Assembly: GCA_040256005.1 (NCBI GenBank)
Contig: JBDZWC010000009.1
Location: forward strand, 1 to 42,881
DNA length: 42,881 nt
Direction: 5' to 3'
From: Deinococcaceae bacterium
GTDB taxonomy: Bacteria; Deinococcota; Deinococci; Deinococcales; Trueperaceae
Under the pieces are notes generated by a model that made no database searches, was not told the origin of the DNA, and saw only the letters and a list, made by a program, of their open reading frames with translations. The position numbers were made by a program, and so were the translations under genes. Shown here piece after piece: positions 37,860 to 42,881 of the stretch. Numbering within the stretch: position 1 is the stretch's first letter; each line of letters begins with the position of its first letter.

Positions 37860-38527
37860 GGCTTCTCCTCGCGGCGCTTCATCGCTGTGACCACGGCGGC
37901 GATCGTCGCCACGGCCATGAGGGCGGCGTACCAGGGCGCGGGCCGCAGCGCGGCGAACCACGGGTTCGCCAGCCTGATGCCGAGTGAGAGGTCCAGCCAG
38001 ACGGCCCCGGCCAGGACCGCCGGCACCAAGAGCGGCAGGAGCGCTACCAAGTGGGCCACGCGGCTGGCCCGGCCCAAGCCGAGACCCAACCCGAAGAAGC
38101 CCGTCGCCGACAACGTGGCCACCGCCAGGGACCAGGCCACGCTGGTGCCCGGGTACGTAGCTGCGTGGGCGAGGACGTCGAACGGTGCGGTGACCACGGC
38201 CAGTGACAGCATGGCGATCAGGGTGGCGGCCACCTCCCTGTGCCAGGCCGGCTCTCCGAAGGGTGGTGACCACGGCAGCGGCACGTAGGTCTCACCCAGC
38301 TCGCTACGCCGCTGACGGCAACCCAACGCCGTGCCCCAGGCCAACCCACCGAAGGCCAGCAGCATGCACCTGACGGGCGCCACGACGAACCAACTGTCGT
38401 TCACCACGGCCGCGCCGGACGGCCAGCGCAGGGCGAGCACGACGCACAGCGCCGCCAGAAGGGCAGTGAGGCCCTGGAGCATGTCCTGGCGGGAGAGCCG
38501 CGCGGCCGCGAGCCCGACGAGGTTCAC
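37856..38527 (-). CDS. Polytopic membrane protein of unknown function
   Basis: About six hydrophobic segments; GTGA overlaps at both ends. Confidence 0.7.
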   Translation of the reverse strand: MNLVGLAAARLSRQDMLQGLTALLAALCVVLALRWPSGAAVVNDSWFVVAPVRCMLLAFGGLAWGTALGCRQRRSELGETYVPLPWSPPFGEPAWHREVAATLIAMLSLAVVTAPFDVLAHAATYPGTSVAWSLAVATLSATGFFGLGLGLGRASRVAHLVALLPLLVPAVLAGAVWLDLSLGIRLANPWFAALRPAPWYAALMAVATIAAVVTAMKRREEKP

Positions 38528-39969
38528 AGCCCCTCCCAACCTTGTCCGGCCAAGACGCCGGGCGCCAGCCACACCGTGCAGCCGGTATCGCAACCGCTCA
38601 GCGCGACCACGGTGCCCGGCACGAGCAGGTCGAGGAGACGGGCGTAGTCCTGAGGCGGAGGGCCGTCCTCCTGGTCCCTGGGACGCAACGTCGCGCCCGG
38701 CTGCAGATCGCCCTGCGGACCGAGCCCCACCACGAGCACCTGCGTCAGGGGGACGCTGCCGCGGTTCACGAGGTCGTCTCCCTCGAGCACCAGCGGGGCG
38801 TCGATGACCCGGGGTGCGCCCGCCAGCACGACAGAGCGCCAGCCGTCCAGCGAGAGGTGCAGGCCGGCCTCGTCGACACGGTACGGACGCACGTCGAGCG
38901 GGCGTGCCTGGATCGCCAGGTCGAGCCGAGCGGAAGGCAACGTGTAGTGCTCCTCCAGGAGCGTGGACAGGGCCAGCTCACCGCCGACGATGGCGATGGT
39001 CTTCGTGCCGACCACTTGAGGGGCCGGAGGCCTGGCGGCCTGCCAGGCGGCCAGCGACAGCAGGACGGCCACCAGCGCCGAGGAGACCAGCCCAGGGCCG
39101 CCGAAGACCCGCGTCAGCAACACGGCGAGCACCGAGAACACGACGGCTACGACGATCACCAGGTGCTGCCTGAGCTGAGCCGGCGGCGTGACCAGTGGGG
39201 CAGCTGCCGCTGCCTGGACGACCTCGGCCCGAGGCACGCTGCCCTCGGGCGCGACCAGCCGAGCGACGTCGGCCGCGGAGCCGGTGCTGGACACGACCCT
39301 GCCGGCACCGAGGCGGCCGCCGTGCTGGCCGAGCAGCAGCTCGAGCTCGCGATGGCTCTCGGGTAACGGTCCGTTGAGGACGACGACGGCGCCGGAAGCC
39401 GCGGCGGCGGCGAGCGCTGCCAGGCGCGGCGGGACGGTGGTGCCGTCGACGATCACGCTGCGGACGCCGTCGTACGCGGCGACGTCGAGCGGGAGCTGCG
39501 AGGCCGTGACGTCCACGACCCTGGCGTCCTCAGGGAACGCTGCCGCGAACGCGCCGCTGCGACGAGTCAGCACGACGTCGAGCGGGGTGTCGTCCTGGTC
39601 CCGCCCGGCGATCGCACCGCTGGCGACGACGGCGTCCTGCCCGACCACAGCCCAGCTCACGGAGCTGAACGGCGCCACGTACACGGTGCGCTCCACCACG
39701 GACAGCCCTGGCCCGCCGGCTACCGGCAGGCTGAGGACGAACGGCACGGGGCCGTCTCGCAGCGAGCCGTGATCGAAGGTGACCTCCAGCCGGCTGCCCA
39801 GCGGCACGTCCCGGGCCACCACGCGGAGAGGGTTCCATGCCCCGACCACGACGTTGCCACCCAGCCCCAGTTCCATCTGCACCTGCGGCTGGGCTGCGGC
39901 AGTGGCGAGGAGCGCCAGGCACGAGGTCGCGACGACGACGGCCAGGTGGCGCTTGAGGCCGATGGTCAC
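38524..39969 (-). CDS. Exported/membrane hypothetical protein
   Basis: Signal peptide, GAWNPLRV motif, central TM pair. GTG 39969 lies 6 nt after TATACT. Confidence 0.72.
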   Translation of the reverse strand: MTIGLKRHLAVVVATSCLALLATAAAQPQVQMELGLGGNVVVGAWNPLRVVARDVPLGSRLEVTFDHGSLRDGPVPFVLSLPVAGGPGLSVVERTVYVAPFSSVSWAVVGQDAVVASGAIAGRDQDDTPLDVVLTRRSGAFAAAFPEDARVVDVTASQLPLDVAAYDGVRSVIVDGTTVPPRLAALAAAAASGAVVVLNGPLPESHRELELLLGQHGGRLGAGRVVSSTGSAADVARLVAPEGSVPRAEVVQAAAAAPLVTPPAQLRQHLVIVVAVVFSVLAVLLTRVFGGPGLVSSALVAVLLSLAAWQAARPPAPQVVGTKTIAIVGGELALSTLLEEHYTLPSARLDLAIQARPLDVRPYRVDEAGLHLSLDGWRSVVLAGAPRVIDAPLVLEGDDLVNRGSVPLTQVLVVGLGPQGDLQPGATLRPRDQEDGPPPQDYARLLDLLVPGTVVALSGCDTGCTVWLAPGVLAGQGWEGL

Positions 39970-40096
39970 GCGCGAAGTATAGCGGCGGCACGCCCGTCGC
40001 CAGGTACGGCGGGGCGGCACGAGCCAAGCGCGGCCGGCGCCGTGACCCGGTCTGCGCCGCGTCGTGCGTGCGCCCGGTCCGCGGTCCGTGGCGGCC

Positions 40097-41671
40097 TCAG
40101 TTGCGGTTGGGCAGGAACACGATCGCGCTGACCACGCGCCGCTGGGAGCTGCGGTTCACGACGTCGCCTCCCACGACGAGCGTCGTGCTGCTGCCGCTGT
40201 CGAGACGCATGGCGTCCGAGGCGCCGAGCGCCAGGAACAGCCCGATGAGCTCGTCGGCGCGCATCGTCTCTGCGACCACCAGCAGGGTCGTGCCGTCCGG
40301 CCGGACGCCGATCGCGGCCTGTTGCGTGAGACCGTCGAGGATCCGCTGGCCGGTGGCGAAGCCCTCCAGCGCCGGTTCGAAGGCCGGTAGGCCGTCCTTG
40401 ACCAGCAGGGGCCCAGCCTCGACGGCGTAGCGGGCCACCTCGAAGCCGGGCGGGTCGAGCCTGGCGTCGATCGTGACCCGGTCCCCTGTGTCGAGGAGGG
40501 CGATGTCTCGGTTCGTCGGAGGGTAGACCAGGGCGTAGGAGCCGTCGCCCGAGGGCACCTGGCGCGGCCCGACCTTGTTCTCCACCACGACCCCGTCCTT
40601 CACGACGAGCACGCCCATGTCCGGTCGCCCCGCCAAGGCCCCGGGGGTCGACACCACGCCCACGCCGTTGGTGACGGCGCCCACCTCGATCACGCCGGCG
40701 CTGGTGTGGAGGTTCACGGTGGCCTTGACCCTGTCGATCACCGGCCCGCCGCCGTTACCGAAGGCCACGCTCGCCCGCCCACGGCTGGGCAGGGACAGCA
40801 GTCCGTGGTCGACGAGCAGGTAGCCGATGGCTTCGAAGGTGGCCGTGTCGAAGTAGCCGGCGTTGAGCGCGACCAGTGCGCCGGACGCCAGTTGCGAGAC
40901 GGTGCGGGGCACCTGGCTCTCGCCCACGACGCGGAACTCGCCGCTCTGAGGCGCGACGCTCACGACGTGGACCACGGAGCCGCCGCCCGCCGTCGGGTAG
41001 TTCAGGCGCCGGTACTCGACACCCGGCGCCACCTGCCTGGTGACCTCCGGCTGGTCGAGGCTCCGCTTGGGCGTCACGTCCAGAACGACCCTCGTGGGGT
41101 CAGCCAGCACGAAGCGCTGATAGCTGAACGCGGGGCCCACGAGGCTTACCGAGGTGCCGTCGCCGTTCGTGCTCAGGCTGAGCTCGACGCCGGCCAGCTC
41201 CTCGGGCTGGCTTGCCGGAAGGACGAGAGGGGGAAGACGCGTGACCAGCGGCTGGCCTTCCTCCACGGCACCCCGCGCCTCCAAGCCGGCGAGCGCCCCT
41301 GCCGCGAGCGACGGGACGTCGAGCACGATGCGGACCTGGGCGTCGCCCGATGTGCGCACGGCCTCCAGGCGGGGTGCGGTGACGCCGAGCGACTCCAGCG
41401 TCGCGCCGGTGACCAGCACGTCGGAACCGGCCACGACGGGCGGCGGCTCCTGGGAGCCGGACAGCCAACCGAGGCCCGCCACGTACACGTCCTCAGCGCC
41501 GCGGTAGCTGACCGTGATGGCGTCGCCGTTGACGGAGGCCGTGGCGCCCGGCAGACGGAAGAGCGTCTGGTCGGACGGTTGCGCTAGTACCGGACCCAGC
41601 GGCGCGGAGATGGAGACGAAGACCAACGCGGCGAGCAGCCGTAGCGCTGACCTTGTAAGTGGGCGCCGCAT
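40097..41671 (-). CDS. Phosphodiester glycosidase (NAGPA-like) family protein with AMIN-like N-terminal motifs
   Basis: Motifs ALNAGYFD, EAGPLLVKDG and AMRLDSGSST; VRIVLD and DPTRVVLDV upstream; signal peptide. Confidence 0.85.
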   Translation of the reverse strand: MRRPLTRSALRLLAALVFVSISAPLGPVLAQPSDQTLFRLPGATASVNGDAITVSYRGAEDVYVAGLGWLSGSQEPPPVVAGSDVLVTGATLESLGVTAPRLEAVRTSGDAQVRIVLDVPSLAAGALAGLEARGAVEEGQPLVTRLPPLVLPASQPEELAGVELSLSTNGDGTSVSLVGPAFSYQRFVLADPTRVVLDVTPKRSLDQPEVTRQVAPGVEYRRLNYPTAGGGSVVHVVSVAPQSGEFRVVGESQVPRTVSQLASGALVALNAGYFDTATFEAIGYLLVDHGLLSLPSRGRASVAFGNGGGPVIDRVKATVNLHTSAGVIEVGAVTNGVGVVSTPGALAGRPDMGVLVVKDGVVVENKVGPRQVPSGDGSYALVYPPTNRDIALLDTGDRVTIDARLDPPGFEVARYAVEAGPLLVKDGLPAFEPALEGFATGQRILDGLTQQAAIGVRPDGTTLLVVAETMRADELIGLFLALGASDAMRLDSGSSTTLVVGGDVVNRSSQRRVVSAIVFLPNRN

Positions 41672-41725
41672 CGGGACGGAGTGTTACCCGCGGCGCGTGA
41701 GCGCCGTGAGACGGCGGACCACGTT

Positions 41726-42505
41726 CTACAGGGCGTGGAAGAGCGTCATGAGCGGTTCGATGCCCACGGGCCCTCCCAGGACCTGGGTCAGGCCCAGCTC
41801 GAGCCTGTGGGCCTCGACGTCGCGGCGGTTGAACGTCAGCGCACCGGCACCCATGGCCAGCCGCCGCAGCGGGGACACGACCTCGGGCACCAGGTCGACG
41901 AGCGTGAGGTGCGGGCCCAGCAGCTCGGGCGCGATGCCGATGGCAGGGTCGGTGCGCACCACCAGGTCCGCCTGCTCGAGCATGGTCCTGGCGACGGGAT
42001 CCGCGGTGGACCTGGCCAGCAGCGCGGTACCGGCGGCACCGTGAGGGAGCATGCGCTCGGCCGCCACCCTGTCGGCGGCGAGCACCGTGAGGGCGCTCGC
42101 GCCCATGCTCATGGCCTCGCGAGCGGCGGAGCGAGCGGTGGCGCCGGAGCCGAGCACGACGACGCGCGCGCCGGCGCCGTCCCAGCGGTGTGCCACGAGG
42201 ACGGCGGCGAGCGCCCGGCCCAGGCAGTGGTCCGCCATCACGCCGGCCTGCGTGACGGTGAGGGTGTCGGCGGCGGCGAGTTCGTTGGCGTCGAGCGAGC
42301 TGCGGTCTGCCAGCCTCTGCGCCTCTGACTGGTACGCCTCGTCGAGCACCATCGCCCCGGCGAACTCCAGGCTCTTGATGCCGGCGACGACGTCGGTCAT
42401 GGAGCCGGGCTTCACAGGATGCAGGTAGAAGCGATCCGCGGCGTCGCGGAACGAACGCACGGCCTGCGCCGTGGCGTCGTCGCACACACAGGCTACGAGG
42501 TGCAC
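41726..42505 (-). CDS. Shikimate dehydrogenase (AroE)-fold protein with degenerate catalytic motifs
   Basis: Overall AroE layout and a Rossmann motif (VVVLGSGATARS). GTG 42505 lies 5 nt after TATCCT. Confidence 0.7.
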   Translation of the reverse strand: MHLVACVCDDATAQAVRSFRDAADRFYLHPVKPGSMTDVVAGIKSLEFAGAMVLDEAYQSEAQRLADRSSLDANELAAADTLTVTQAGVMADHCLGRALAAVLVAHRWDGAGARVVVLGSGATARSAAREAMSMGASALTVLAADRVAAERMLPHGAAGTALLARSTADPVARTMLEQADLVVRTDPAIGIAPELLGPHLTLVDLVPEVVSPLRRLAMGAGALTFNRRDVEAHRLELGLTQVLGGPVGIEPLMTLFHAL

Positions 42506-42546
42506 GGCCAAGGATAACCCAGGGCAGGGCGTTATACTCGGCCGCC

Positions 42547-42881
42547 ATGCAGGTACGCGTCGTTCTTCCCGACGGAAAGGGCCTCGAGCTCGAGGAGGGC
42601 GCCACCGGCGCCGACCTCGCCGCGGCCATCGGCCCCGGCCTGGCCAAGGCGGCGCTCGGCGTCCGCCTCGGCGACAGGCTGTCGGACCTCCAATCAACGG
42701 TCCCGAACGGGGCCACCGTCACCGTCGTCACGAATAAGGACAGCGACGCGATCACGCTGCAGCGCCATACGCTGGCGCACATCCTGGCCCAGGCCGTGAG
42801 GGACCTGTTCGTGGCCGAGGGCTACCCGCCGGAGTCCGTGAAGATGGGCATCGGTCCGGTCATCGAGAACGGCTTCTACTA
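42547..42881 (+). CDS. thrS: Threonine--tRNA ligase (N-terminal part only)
   Basis: Manual translation MQVRVVLPDG...(TGS domain)...RHTLAHILAQAV...GPVIENGFY; TATACT 8 nt upstream. Confidence 0.95.
   Translation, partial: MQVRVVLPDGKGLELEEGATGADLAAAIGPGLAKAALGVRLGDRLSDLQSTVPNGATVTVVTNKDSDAITLQRHTLAHILAQAVRDLFVAEGYPPESVKMGIGPVIENGFY

Overview
GC-rich core chromosome segment, most likely from a Deinococcota bacterium (Truepera-like). This assignment is inferred from Thermus-type MglA/MglB, a split GcvPA/GcvPB, the PGQG motif in HisH and many apparently leaderless TANNNT promoters. Most genes lie on the minus strand: a TPR-hisC-hisB-hisH-SPOR-rapZ-yvcK-DOMON run, a Bacillus-like nfeD-floA-yqfB-phoH-pgpH-ybeY-dgkA-cdd run, gcvT-H-PA-PB followed by a MerB-like gene, mglB-mglA, a malE-F-G-type ABC operon continuing into a degenerate SpeD-like gene and glpK, cysS-dprA, an uncharacterised three-gene envelope operon, a phosphodiester glycosidase and a degenerate shikimate dehydrogenase homolog. 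Plus-strand genes are an A-type Fe-S carrier, a PAS/GAF-LuxR regulator, yigZ, a lipoprotein and the start of thrS. Three tRNAs are present (Trp, Met, Leu). I found no CRISPR array, transposase or integrase. The best leads are a candidate Cys-sensing leader-peptide attenuator upstream of cysS, a probable ATA start codon for phoH, two apparent pseudoenzymes (SpeD-like, AroE-like), an orphan MerB variant and the uncharacterised envelope operon. All family calls come from motif recognition by eye; no searches were run.
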